Below, one piece after another: positions 27,171 through 40,072 of a stretch of DNA of 64,000 nt. A model generated the notes under the pieces. The model saw only the letters and a program-made list of their open reading frames with translations. It ran no database searches and was not told where the DNA came from. This DNA comes from Prorocentrum cordatum (taxonomy: Eukaryota), in assembly GCA_963575745.1 (NCBI GenBank), contig CAUYUJ010000094.1:1-64000 (forward strand), read 5' to 3'. The position numbers and the translations under genes are program-made. How positions within the stretch are numbered: position 1 is the stretch's first letter; every line of letters begins with the position of its first letter.

Positions 27171-27182
27171 GACCCTCAAACA

Positions 27183-27197
27183 CTTAAGCCAAAATGG
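27183..27197 (-). other. Relic spliced leader (second, truncated SL)
   Basis: CCATTTTGGCTTAAG directly after the full SL, one mismatch to SL nt 8-22. Confidence 0.93.
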
Positions 27198-27219
27198 CTT
27201 GAGCCAAAATGGCTACGGA
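27198..27219 (-). other. Genomically integrated dinoflagellate spliced leader (perfect 22-mer)
   Basis: Minus strand TCCGTAGCCATTTTGGCTCAAG equals the DinoSL consensus DCCGTAGCCATTTTGGCTCAAG. Confidence 0.97.
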
Positions 27220-28009
27220 AGCCACTCCTGTGGACTCTTGAAGCCTCCTGCTCCTGGGGCCTCTTGGGGCCTCCTGGTGCCTCGTGGCGCTTCCTGTGGC
27301 CTCCTTGGGCCTCCTGTGGCCTCCTGTGGCCTCCTGGAGCATCCGGGAGCCTTCTGGGGCCTCCTGGAGCTTCCTGGGGCCTCCTGGCGCCTCTTGGGGC
27401 ATCATGTTGCCTCTTGGTTTTCCTGTGGCCTCCTGTTGCCTCCTGGGACCTCCTGTTGCCTCCTGTGCCATCCTGGGGGGGACTCGTGCCCACGAGTCTG
27501 GCCACCAAGACAGGGAAACCGATTTAGACATCCTCAAAATCTGGCCCCACTCCGGGGCAAAAATGAACGCCTCGCTCAGAACATCTCTAATCTGCTTCGA
27601 AAGCAAAGGATGTTGAGAAAGGAAACAAGCAAACCGAATGAGACATCCCCGCAATTCTGGCGCGAACGGAAAATTCAATACCCCTGGCAGCTCCCCCCCC
27701 CTTGGGGGTGCTGGAAACCCGCGCCTCGCTCGAGGCATCCTCGAATGTAACCACCAAAACAAGCAATCCGACCGAGACGTCCTCAAAATCTGGCCCCACT
27801 AGGGGGCGACAATGAACGCCTCGCTCGAGACATCCTCCAAATCTGCTCCGGAAGCGGAGGATGTTGAGCCAGGAAACAAGCAAACCGCTCAAAACATCCC
27901 CTAAATTTTGACGCGAACGGAAGAGTGCAATACCCCCTGGCGGCTCCCCCTTGGGAGTGCTGAGACCCGCGCCTCGCTCGAGACACCCTCAGAATTTGTT
28001 CCGCATCAC

Positions 28010-28044
<35 letters not shown>

Positions 28045-28233
28045 GCAGCAGTAGCAGCAGCAGCATCAGCATCATCAGCAGCATCATCATCATCATCAGT
28101 CTGGGCACAAGCAACTCTGAGTGTGAGGGAACCTAAGTCCGCCGACCCTGTCGGCGTGTGTGGGGTGTCTGTCCGGCCCCGTCGACGGGGAGCCTTCTTT
28201 CGTCCCCTCCTTCCCATCCTCCTCTCCTGTCGG

Positions 28234-28266
<33 letters not shown>

Positions 28267-29206
28267 AGAGCACACTCCCTCGTTCGGGGAACGGATTCGC
28301 AGCTTGAAAGAATTCCATCCACGTCCTCATTACGTCAAAGGGAACCCCCTTCCCTTTGTCCCTTCCCCAACGGGGGGGCTGGTCCCGGGGGGGGGGTGTC
28401 AGATTCGCGTCGCCACTGGGGCACGCTGGTCCTTCTCCGGCACGCCAGTCCTCCTCGGGTCCTCCTCCCCAGGTGGAGAGGGGTCCCAAGGGGGGTAGGG
28501 GAGTCAGATACGCATCCGTCCCTGGAGGTCCTCCTCCCCCTCCTTTCCCCTCTCCCACGCCGGTCCTCCTCCGGTCCTCCTCCCCAGGGGGTGGGGGCCC
28601 AGTGGGGAGTCCTTTTCCTGCTCCTTCTCCTCCTCCTCCATATCTCCGCCTCCTCCTCCTCCTCCTCCTCCTTCTCCTCCTCCTCCTCCTCCTCCTTCTC
28701 ATCCTCCTCCCCCTCCTGGTCCCTGGTCGTCGTCAATGTCTTTCGGGGTCGGCGGCACCGGCCGTCAGGCCTTCACAGTAGGAGGATACGAGGAAAGGAT
28801 AGGAGGAGGAGGCGGAGGAGGAGGAGGAGGAGAAGGAGGAGGAGGAGGAGAAGGAGTAGGAGGCGTCTAAGTAATTATTCACTGCGCGGAGCCCCCTATA
28901 TGTGCATCTATTAGCATGGACCTTTCCGCTGTGAGTGCCTAGGCGCAAGAGACTTCGGATATAAACAAAACTGAATATCGATTGACTTTGAGTGAGTCTA
29001 ACAATGAATGAATTGGAGTGTGATTGAGCCTCAGTAGTACGAGTGAGTCTGTGCGCATGATACTGGGGCCTCCTGGGGCCTCCTTGGGCCTCCTGTGGCC
29101 TCCTTGGGCCTCCTGTGGCCACCTGTGGCCTCCTGGAGCATCCTGGAGCTTCCTGCAGCCTCCTGGAGCTTCCTGGCGCCTCCTGGAGCTTCTTGGGGCA
29201 TCCTGT

Positions 29207-29396
29207 GTTGGAAACTGGGCGAGGGCAGGCAAATCCGTGGCTGCTAAAACGGCCTCCCCGGAAGAAACTAAAGAATTCCCAGAATTAAGCTCAACGCACT
29301 ACATGGACAACGGGCTGCTTTCCAGAAGAAGAAAACAATTTCCCGGAGCTCTGTCTTAGCAGCAACGGGTTCGCCAGCTTTCGCCCGGCTTCTGAC
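29207..29396. mobile_element. 190-bp MITE with TGT TSD nested in a host repeat
   Basis: Imperfect ~41-bp TIRs ending in GCTGCTAA; TGT at 29204-29206 and 29397-29399. Removal restores the host unit TCCTGTGGCCTC. Confidence 0.7.
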
Positions 29397-29773
29397 TGTG
29401 GCCTCTTGGGTCTTCCTGTGGCCTCTTGGTCCTGGGACCTCCTGTTGCCTCCTGGGGCCTCCTGGAGCCTGCTGGAGCCTCCTGTGCCATCCTGGGGAGG
29501 ATTCGTGCCCACGAGTCTGGCCACCAAGACAGGCAAACCGATTTTGACATCCTCAAAATCTAGCCCCTCTTGGTGGCGAAAATGAGCGCCTCGCTCGAGA
29601 CATCCTCCAAGTCTGCTCCGAAAGCGGAGGATGTCGAGCCAGGAAACAGGCAAACCGCTCGAGACATCCCAGCAATTCTGGCGCGAATGCAGGAATGCAA
29701 TACCCCTGGCGGCTCCCCCTTCGGGGTGCTGAAACCTGCGCCTCCCTCGAGACATCCCCAGAATTTGCTCCAT

Positions 29774-29834
<61 letters not shown>

Positions 29835-29853
29835 GCATCATCATCATCATCAG

Positions 29854-30000
<147 letters not shown>

Positions 30001-30117
30001 CATCATCGTCATCATTATCAGCATCATCATCATCATCATCATCATCATCACCATCATCATTAGCAGCATCATGCTCAGCATTATCATCATCAGTCAGACG
30101 TACATACAACACTGCGT

Positions 30118-30173
<56 letters not shown>

Positions 30174-32235
30174 TAGCAGCAGCACCACCACCAGTATCAT
30201 CAGCATCATCATCATCAACAACAACATCATCAGCAGCATCATGATCAGCATTATCATCATCAGTCAGACGTACATACAACACTGCGAATTAGAGCCACAG
30301 GAGAAGGGCAATCTGTAGAAACTCGCGTAAATCACCACAGTATCGTGCACCAGACAAGGCCCAATCTATAGGAACATACGTAAAACACTTAGGATTGGAT
30401 ACGCAAGAGAAGGACAATTGAAAGAAACATGCGTAAAACACCAAGGACTCGTACCCCAAGGAAGGCACAATATATAGGAGTATACGTACAACACATTGGA
30501 TTGAAGCCACTCCTGTGGCCTTCTGAGGCCTCCTGCTTGCTCCCGGGGCCTCTTGGGGCCTCCTGGTACATTCTGGGACCTCCTGTTGCCCCGTGGGGCT
30601 GGGTCTCCTGGAGCCTGCTGGAGCCTCTCGTGGCATCATGGGGAGGATCCGTGCCCACGACGAGTCTGGCCACCAAAACAAGCAAACCGATCGAGACATC
30701 CTCAAAATCTGGCCCCCCTTGGGGGCGAGCATGAGCGCCTCGCTCGAGACATCCTCCAAATCTGCTCCGAAAGCGGAGGATGTTGAGCCAGGAAACAAGC
30801 AAACCGATCGAGACATCCCCGCACGGAGGAATGCAATATCCCCTGGCGGCCCCCCCTTGGGGGTGCTGAAACCCGCGCCTCGCTCGAGACATCCTCAGAA
30901 CTTGCTCCCCCAGCATCATCGACATCATGATCATGATCAGCACCACCATCATGCTAGACATAGCATAACATAACGAACCATACCATAACATACCATAACA
31001 CAGCATAGCCCTAACATAACATAGCATACGAACTCATAAAATGACATAGCGTAACATAACATACCATACCACACCATGCCATCCCATACCGTACCTTATC
31101 ATCACATACCACAGCGCGGCGCGGTCGGAGTAATAACAAGAACCCATCCTCGGGACATCGGGAAAACAAGAACCCCATCTTAGGATATGGGAAAAAATCA
31201 GAAATAGTCAAGAACAGTCGAGAAATCGCCCCCAGACTATTCATGGACTATTCCTGAATATGCCTCCTGTAGAGGGGCTGACCCGACTTCAGGCCAGAAC
31301 ACGCATCGAAATGAGAAGAGGGGGCCATGAGATCCAGGCGCCCGGCCACGACACCCACTCCCCTGGCCACACCTGGAAGGCCTCCCGGACGGGGTCTGAA
31401 GGAATGGGGTAGGAAAACTGCGCCGCATCTGCGACGCCCGCGATGCATCGGCGCCGTTGGAGTGGAGAAAAAATCGAGCTCCACGTCGAGCCGCATCGCC
31501 GATGCGTCGACAATGCGGCGAGACCTTCCGCTCCATCTACGGCAGGTTCGTGTCGTGCCGACTTTTGTGTTGGTTCCTGACGCCGAGAAGGGATCCTTCA
31601 ACCTCGAAAGATCGACCGCTTCCGAAACGTCAGATCGTTCGCTATCGGCCGATTCTGGGTCGCCGGCGGCGTTCAACATTGACCGCCTGCGGCAGGATCG
31701 CCGCTGATCGACACGACGCGAACCTGCCGGACTCCAGTCCCATCTGCTCCCGCTGCGTTCCTGGCCATGCCCTGGGCCTCCAGAGGTCCCCAAGGGCACG
31801 TAACTTCGTGCTGCGCGCTGCGCGAAGCGCGAATCACTTCGCGCTCTGGCGTCGCCTCCCCCCCCGAGGAGAAGAGGAGGATGAGGAGGAATCGGAGCCG
31901 AACCGCGAAACGCCAATAACTTCGCGCTATCGAGAGCGCCCTTGGTCACTGACGGCCTCCTGGGACCCCGGGCACCTTCCGGAGGCTCCCTCGATCGCTA
32001 CCCGCTCCTCGTCTGCCTCGACACTCCACTCGCAGGGGAAGGAGGAGGCGGATGAGGGGGGGGGGGAGGGGGCTGACAGCATCCTTTGTGGATCCACGTA
32101 CGAGTAGCGTCAGGCGTCAGAAGGACGTGGAAGAGGCGAAGGAGGAGGGTGACGAGAAGGGGAGGAGGAGAAGGAATAGGAGGAGGAGTAGGAGGAAGAT
32201 GAGAATGGGAGGAGAAGGATGGGAGGAGTTGGGGG

Positions 32236-32566
32236 GTGATGATAATGATGATGACGATGATGACAACGATAAGGATGATGATAATGGTGATGATGATGAT
32301 GATTATGATGATGATGATGATGATGATGATGACGATGATGATGATGATGATGTGGCTGCTAATGATTATGATGCTGATGATGGTGCTTATGACGATGGTA
32401 GTGATGATGATGATGATATTGATGATAGTGATGATGCTGATGACGATGGTGGTGGTGGTGATGATAATGGTGATGATAAGGAGGATTATGAGAATGATGA
32501 TGATGATGATGATGATGATGAAGAAGATGCTGATGCTGATGCTGATGATCATCAGGATGCTGTTGC

Positions 32567-32601
<35 letters not shown>

Positions 32602-32685
32602 CTGATGCTGCTGATGATGATGCTGCTGATGATGATGCTGATGCTGATGCTGATGCTGCTGATGCTGATGCTGATGCGGATGCTG

Positions 32686-32762
<77 letters not shown>
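32236..32762. repeat. (GAT)n/(GCT)n microsatellite
   Basis: Directly visible. Similar (CAT)n tracts at 29771-30260 and (GTC)n at 5478-5560. Confidence 0.95.
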
Positions 32763-32766
<4 letters not shown>

Positions 32767-34782
32767 GAGAAGAGGAGGCGGAGGAGGAGCAGGAGGAGCA
32801 GAAGGAGGAGCATGCGAAGGAGGGGACGAGGTGCGGCAGGCGGGACGAACTGCTGGGGGAGTGCCAGACAGACCAGGCGCGCGCCCCTCGCCGGCCGCGG
32901 CCGTGGCCGGCGGTCGGCGGGGCGCGGCGGACGCCCGCGCGCGCGAGGCCCCAGCGTGTTCAGCGCCACCCAGACCTCGTTCTTGTCGTACGACGCGCCT
33001 CCGCGTGAGGCCAGGGGGTGCGGTCCGGCAGGCATGGGGGCCCCCGGTACACTTCAACAGCCTCCCTGGTCCCTCCCTCGCTCTGCTTCGCTGCTGTGTC
33101 GCTCGCGTCCCGAAGGGCGCACTCCCCCGCGGAAGTACACACGCGCACGAGCCGCACCAGGATGCCGCGCGCTCCAGGTCATGGCCCATGCTGCCACTGC
33201 ACCGCCGCCTGCTGCCAGACAACTCGCACAGCCGCTGGTCCCCGCGGTGTAGGTTGAGCCCTCGCCTCCATATTGAGGAAACCAAGGGTTAGCCATACCT
33301 TTACTCCCTGGACCTCTCCTGGGGCGCGTTCTGACCAGAATTTCGAGACGAATCCAGCGCAGGCGACGAGGGCCTCCGAGGAGGCCAACAAAACGAGGAA
33401 AGCGAGGGAAAGGCAGCGATAATATGGGTACCTCTTCCTCCTTTGACATATCGCCCGCAGCGGTGCTAAAGACCTCCCCCATCCCCCCATCCCTCCTCAA
33501 AGCCCTCCCGCCTCGTCGTTCCTCCTCGCCCCCCATCCTCTGCCCTCCTCCCTCCTCCTCGCTCCTCCTCGCCCCCCCCCTCTCTCTCACAGTTTTGTTA
33601 GCCCCCATGGGCTTTTGCGGGATGGGTGAGCCCCGCGCCCCCCGCGCTGGAGTAAGCGAGTCACCTCCTCCTCCTTCCCCTCCTCTCATCCTCCTCCTCC
33701 TACTCCTCCTCATCCTCCCTCCTCCCGACCTGCCCTCCCCCGCCTCCCCTCCTTTCCCTCCTCCCTCCTCTTCATCTCCTCCCCCTCCTCCATCCTACTG
33801 CCCTAATCTTCCGCCTCCTCCTCCTTCATCCTTACCTCCTCCTCCTCCTCCGTCCTTTACGCCCCTTTGCTCTCATTTCGCTTTCCTAGCCCAGGTCCTC
33901 TGGAGCAGTGGTCTTCCTGGGAGGCACCCGCTCTACATAGGCCCCGTGCCAGACCCTCCCCCCCCCCCCCCCAGGCTTTCCTCGTTCTGTGCTGGGGCGT
34001 GTTCGCTCGTCGGACGCACCCTTGGCTTGCTCGCTCGCCTCCCTCTCCTACTCCGAGATGCCCCCTCCGAACCCCCAAGAGCCGCTCAGAGCCCCCCCAG
34101 AACCCACTCATCGCTCCTCCTCTCCCGTGAGGGGCAACGTCAGGGGGGACCAGCTCAGGGGAGGAATCCTCGACCGTGCAGCGGCGGAACCTCGCCGACA
34201 CATCGGCGATAGGCCTCCGCTAGCGAATCCGCACGGTCCTGGCCAGGGTGGGCTATCAGGCCGCTACCCCAACATCCGACGTTTCGGTTTTTTCGACAAT
34301 GGCCCCCGACGTCCCGACCACTTCCCGGGGACCGGTTTGTCATCCTGGGTCGTCTTTGGACGGTTTCGAGGCCCGGCGAAGGCCCTCAGAGGCCAAAACC
34401 TAAGACAAAACCTCCGTCTCGATTTCTTCGAGACGCCTGATGTCTGGATATCGGCGACGATCACTGAGCGATTGGGGGTCGATGCGTCCCCCTCTGAGCC
34501 TCTCCCCCCTTCCGTTGCCCCGGAGCATCTGCCCTGCCGCGAGCTGGCGGGGCCCCGAGGGGCACGGCTCCCGGTGCTCCCCGGAACGGGTTCTTCTCCC
34601 CGAGCCTTCTCTGGCGGTCGCCAGGGCCTCGGAAGGCCGAGGGCAACGCTAAACCTGATGACCACTTCCTCTTGAAATAAACAATAACACGAATAAGCAT
34701 AGGAAGATTGAGAATTTGAAGAAGAACAATACAAATAATAATACGACTAGTGCTAACAATGAGGCTACTAATAAGAATAAGC

Positions 34783-34817
<35 letters not shown>

Positions 34818-34863
34818 GAGTAGAGAAGACGACAAAACGGCATATACATAAACCATACAATTG

Positions 34864-34993
34864 TGGCGCTCCGCGCGGAGTTCTTGGATCTGTGCTGGAC
34901 CCCCTCCTTGGCGCGCGGAGCGCGCCAAGGGAGGCGCCGGAGGCGCCGCCGGGAGGGCCCAGCGCGGATCCAAGAAATCCGCGCGGAGCGCCA
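34864..34993. mobile_element. Fold-back repeat with the same core as 9057/10161
   Basis: TGGCGCTCCGCGCGGA.TTCTTGGATC...GATCCAAGAAATCCGCGCGGAGCGCCA. Further copies at ~6472-6570 (truncated) and 20808-20941. Confidence 0.75.
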
Positions 34994-35065
34994 ACAGTGC
35001 GTGTTTAACGGCGCTTTGTCCTCCTCGACGAGAGCAACGCCAAACCTGATGACCCCTTCCTGATA

Positions 35066-35262
35066 CTCGGGTCGAGCGAAGGGGGGGATTAGCAAAGGGG
35101 GGGTTTGAGAATCAGCTCACGTAGCTGATTTTCCCGGCGCCTCCCGGCGCCGGAGGCGCCCATGTATCGAGGAATGGGCCCCTCGGAGGGGCCGAAACCA
35201 GCTGCATGCAACAAATTTCGTAACCCCCCCTTTCCCTATCCCCCCCTTTCGTCCGGCCCGAG
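35066..35262. mobile_element. MITE-like element, second copy at 37156-37353
   Basis: Inverted ends CTCGGGTCGAGCGAAGGGGGGG / CCCCCCTTTCGTCCGGCCCGAG; interior GGGCCCCTCGGAGGGGCCGAAACCAGCTGCAT is shared between copies. Confidence 0.75.
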
Positions 35263-37389
35263 ACACGGCGCTTCGGCCTCTGGCGGCCTCTGCCTCCCGC
35301 CTCCCGCGAGCAGCACCGAGGCGGGGCCGCGGAGCTCGACCCATCGCTCGGACGCCCACTCCCCGTGCATCCCTTGGCCTCGCGCGTGCTTCCGTCTGCT
35401 CGCCGGTCCAGGTCCTCGCCGAGGGACACCATGTTTACCAGCCTGGAACATATCCCTATCCCTCTGCTGGGCACCTCCTCATCACGATGCCAGTCTCAGG
35501 GATTCCCTTAATCGTTGAGGGCGAGCCCCTAAGACTGTCATCGCCTTTTGGCGTGTCAATCTTAGGGATGGGGAAGGGATACGTTCGAGGCTGGTCACAC
35601 GTGGAAGAACGAAAGGCGACACCAACACCAACAGGGCGGGGAGATGCGAGGAGCAGGCGGGGTCTCCCTACGTAGGTGGTGTCCTCCCCCCCTCCCGCTT
35701 GAGACATCCCTGGCCTCCAGCTCGGGGAGGCATCCGTGGGCCTCCTCGCCGGAGGTGGCCCCCTGGTGGTGCTGGTGCCGCTCCTCCTCCCTCCGAGCCT
35801 GAAGGGGCCCTGGGACACACAAATAAAGACAGACACACACATAAAAAAACGATCCCCCACATTTTCCTATATTTTCGGGGCTTCTGTCTTCCCCCCCACT
35901 CCCCATATTTTCCCCTATTTTCGGAGGAATCGAAGAGATCAATTGTGTCTGTGTTTTTTCTCCCCTCCCTCCGAACCGTGCACACGCCCGAGAGCGGTGC
36001 TGCGGGGAGGGACGCGAGGCGCCTGCGTCCTCCGTGGCGCGCGGGCTCCTCGGGGGCGACGCCCCCGCCGTGCCGTAGCGCCGCAGCGCGCGGTGCAGGG
36101 CGGCGACCTCCTGCCGGCGCCCGGCGCGGCGACGGGGGCCGAGCGCGCGCCGCCGGGCGGGGAGCCGGGCCCCCCTTGATATCCCAGGACCGCCGCCGGC
36201 CGAGGCCACAGGGCGAGAGGGCAGAGCCGGGCGAGGACAGATCGGAAGGGGAGCTGGGACACGCCAGGGAACACGGACACAAACAGCCAGATGCCCCATC
36301 TTTCCCTATAGTTTCTGGTTTTTTTGTCTCCCCCCCCCACACTTCCCATTTTTTCCCTGTTTTCTGAGAGCTCGACGATGGATTGTGTCTGTGTGTTTTT
36401 TCTCCTCCTGAAATCTCTCGGGTGGCTCTGGGGGATGCCTCGGGCGCCGCGGCCTCCTCGGAGCTCCCCGGAGCGCTGCGAGAGGGCGCTCTCTGCGAGC
36501 GCTGCGGGACGCTCTGGAACGGATTTGGCCTCGTCCGGGCCCCGTCCGACGACCCCCGACGTCATGATTTTTGGTCACAGCGTCGACCCCCAAAGGTCTC
36601 GACCCATTCCCCGGGACCGGCTTCTCACCACGAGAAGGTTTTTTCACGGTCCTGATGCCCCGTGAGGGCCCCGAGAAGTTTTTTTCGCGGTCCTGATGCC
36701 CCGTGAGGGCCCCCGCAGAGGCCAAAAATCCGCCCACATTGTCGGCATGTGTGAGGGGCTTGTCTGCTCGAGTCGTCGTCTCCGTCAGTCGTCGTCTCCG
36801 TCGTTCCCTGTCCCTGCACCCCTGCCCCCTCAAGCTTGTCCGCAAGAGAAAACGCCAGCCACGTCGTAATCGAGTCGAGGGGAAGCCCCCTCCCTTTGAT
36901 CTTGAAAAATCTCCATGGTTTGTTCATGACTCGAGGGGGGCCTGGTTTCTCCGGCAGCCGGCATGCGTCACTGCACCGACCTTGCAGACGTGCTGCAGCG
37001 GATTCTCGCGTGGATTTCTGTCCATGCAGAACCCCGAGACCGCGTGGACTGTTTTTAGCCGCCTTCACTCCTGGCAAAAAAACAATCCGCACGAGACTCA
37101 CCTCGCAGTCTGGAACGAAATTCCCCAGGACACTCTGGGCCCACCCCATTGCTTTTCGGGTCGGGCGAAAGGGGGGGGTAGCAAAGGGAGGGTTTGAGAA
37201 TCAGCTCACGCAGCTGATTTCCCCGGCGCTTCCCCGCGCCCGAGGCGGCTCTGGATCGAGCAATGGGCCCCTCGGAGGGGCCGAAACCAGCTGCATATCC
37301 AGCAGATTTCGTAACCCCCCCTTTCCCAATGCCCCACCTTTCGACCGGCCCGAGGAATCCGCTCTGCGATGTTCCCCCCCCTCATGATA

Positions 37390-38000
37390 GGAGGAGGGGG
37401 GGAGGAGGAGGAGGAGGAGGAGGAGGAGGAGGAGGAGGGAGGAGGAGGAGGAGAGGAGGAGAGGAGGAGGGAGGAGGAGGAGGAGGGAGGAGGAGGAGGA
37501 GGAGGAGGAGGAGGAGGAGTAGGAGGAGGAGGAGGAGGAGGAGGAGGAGGAGGGAGGGGAGGAGGAGGAGGGAGGAGGAGGATGAGGGAGAGGAGGAGGA
37601 GGAGAAAAAGAAGGAGAAGGATGAGGAGGAGGGGAGGAGGGGAGGAGGAGGAGGAGGAGGAGGAGGAGGAAGGTCGAGGAGGAGGAGGAAAAGAGAGGAG
37701 GAAGGAGGGAGGAGGAGGAAGAGGAGAGGGAGGAGGAGGAGGAGGAGGAGGAGGAGGAGGAGGAGGAGGAGAGGAGCACAGGGCGGAGCGGAGCGGCTCC
37801 TGCCCAGGGCGGGGGGAGCGCACGGGCAGCCCCGGAGGAAGCCGCCCGCGGGGCCATGGGCGAGGCGCTCCGCGGCTCCGAGGCCGGCCCCGGACCAGAG
37901 AAGAGGAGGAGGAGGAGGAGGAGGAGGAGGAGGAGGAGGAGGAGGAGGAGGACGAGGAGGAGGAGGAGGAGGAGGAGGAGGAGGTGGGAGGAGGAGGGAG
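37390..38000. repeat. (GAG)n microsatellite, representative of many GAG/CCT tracts in the window
   Basis: Also at ~2600-2850, 6600-6710, 16917-17160, 17850-17970, 19100-19810, 22010-22270, 40080-40260, 40760-41550, 51170-51400 and 59000-59230. Confidence 0.95.
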
Positions 38001-39544
38001 GAGACGGAGATCATCCAGATCTCCACGGGTGCGATTCTCGGGCCCTAAGAGGCCCCCTCGTGGGCCCCAGTGGGCACCTTTGGGCGTCACCCCAACATAC
38101 CAATACAATGTGTGCGTCACCCTCCCAGGGGCGACGCGCGCACCGAGAAATCTTATAGCACACACCGGACATGGCCAGGGTTGTGGCCTTGTGGCCCACG
38201 GCACTGAGAACATCTGGACAGGGTTGTGGTTGCCACGACAATGGACACCCTAACAGTCCTATCATTGATTTTCAAAAGTGTTTTAACTGTAAGGAAATGT
38301 CCTAAACATGTTTCAAACTGTATTGTTGTTTAAACATGTCTAAACATGTTTAACACATGTTTTTAGGCATCTGGAAATTATTTGGCAACCTGCTTCCTCT
38401 CCATTGATCGTCCTCCACAAGGCCAGGGACCCCCCCCGCCCCTGGGCAGGGAGGGCGGCGCGCCGCTGCGCGCCTCGCTGCAACAATTACTCACACGTCC
38501 GCCTGGAAGACTGGGCCTCAGCGCAGGATCGTGGCTCGGTCAGCGTCGACTCGGTGAATCGGGACGAACCGCGACATGCCTCGGATCGGGCTGCACTGGC
38601 ACGGCATCGGATGGGCTGCGCCAGGATGTACAACAGCGCCATGCCAGCATCGGGCCGCATCGAGTCGTCGGAATACAGGAATCGAATCGGATCGGGCCGG
38701 CTGGAATCCCAAACATCCAGCATCTCGATTTGTTCGAGACACGGGCCCCCGAACTTTCGACCACGTCTCTGGAACCAGGCTTTCATCCCGAACCGTTCTT
38801 GACGGTCCCAGGACCCGCTCAGGGCTACAAGAGACAAACATGGGAGCAAACTGACGTATCGATTTTTTGGTTAGTCTAATTCATTCTGACATACACCGCC
38901 TCAGTTCAGTAGCCGTACTGACCTCTAGTGGACCTTAGCGGTCTTCAGTCTATCATTGGCGGCCTTCGGTGGCCCTTCTGATAGCTTTTGAGCGGCCTTT
39001 TGTGGCGTTTGGCGGCCATTGCTAGCCTTTAAAACTGCCTTGAGTAGCCTTACGAATTGGCGGCGCGCACAAAGGCGCCAGCCCATCATCTACAGACAAG
39101 GCCCGCACCTTCTTCTGAGAAGCAGGGTGCTTCTGAGAAGCCTTGCCCCTCCCCCTGCCCCCTTCTGTGCGTGGCCGACACATATTTTTCTCCCAGGCGC
39201 CAGATGTCTGGGACCGATCGCCTTAGGTCGGGCATGTCCTCCTGCAGCGGATCTTCGAAGAAAAATGAAACATAGCCCCAAAATATCCCAAAGAAGTCCA
39301 AAGATCACGAAAAGTCGCCACCAGAGTATTTTTTTACCATTCTCCAATATTCTTCTTGTGGATAATGATAGCGTTGAGTCGGGCTCCTGCCTCCCTACAG
39401 GCTGCTTTTAGGCGAAAACCAAAAAACGGTCAAACAGATACTCAACAATAGCTTAAACAAATAAACAAAAAGTCACCCCCAGACGATTCCCCAAGCAGAG
39501 CTTGCCTCTGTAGGGGTCCTAGCGGATATAAAGCTGAGGTGAAG

Positions 39545-39699
39545 TGGGCGGCCGATTTCGGTGGCCGGGGCCGGGTGCCCGGGTGCCCGGGGGTGCCCGG
39601 GGGTGCCCGGGTGCCCAGGTGTGTGGCCGATTTCGGTGGCCGGGGCCGGGTGCCCAGGTGCCCGGGGGTGCCCGGGGGTGCCCGGGTGCCCAGGAGTGC
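39545..39699 (+). repeat. (GGGTGCCC)n tract; target of the 18-kb element, resuming at 57773-57813
   Basis: Same-orientation GTGCCCGG units on both sides of the element. Confidence 0.8.
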
Positions 39700-39722
39700 T
39701 TGGATGGCCGCGGCGGCTGCTA
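39700..39722 (+). repeat. Left terminal inverted repeat of the 18-kb element
   Basis: TTGGATGGCCGCGGCGGCTGCTA; reverse complement of 57749-57771 with one mismatch. Confidence 0.9.
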
Positions 39723-40072
39723 GGTGGTTAGCGCGGATACTAAGGGGTTAGAGGGTTTAGTATGTACGTACAAGTGAGTTGTAAGTAGGTTATAAGTGTT
39801 GTAAGTATGATGTAAGTTGTATAACCAGCTACAACTGGTTAGTAGGAGATACTAACCACTTATAGCTGGAGGCTAACCTTGCTAAGTCTCTAGTAGAGGT
39901 TAGCTCGCTAAGTCCCCACTCTAGCTACCACTTACTAACCACTTAGTAACCACTTAGCTGCCACTTAGTAACCACCCAGTAACCACTTACTAACCACTTA
40001 GTAACCACATAGTAAGTCCGCTAGCTAGCTTACTTACTAAGTGGTTAGCGGACTTACTAAGTGGTTAGCGGA
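39723..40072. repeat. Left subterminal repeat array
   Basis: Direct and inverted short units (TAACCACTTAG, TAAGTGGTTAGC, CTAGCTAG). AT-rich against the background and similar to 57525-57748; subterminal repeats are typical of CACTA elements. Confidence 0.8.

Larger units (their letters stand above)
24696..27233 (-). mobile_element. Retroposed mRNA insertion (24710-27219) with 14-bp TSD
   Basis: AGCCACTCCTGTGG at 24696-24709 and 27220-27233. An uninterrupted copy of the host site occurs at ~30490-30530. Confidence 0.88.

Noticed and set aside
25563..27179. Kinesin boundaries as given by the ORF track
   Set aside because: The track starts at a TTG in the 5' UTR and ends inside the MITE; ATG 27170 and stop 25228 are better supported.
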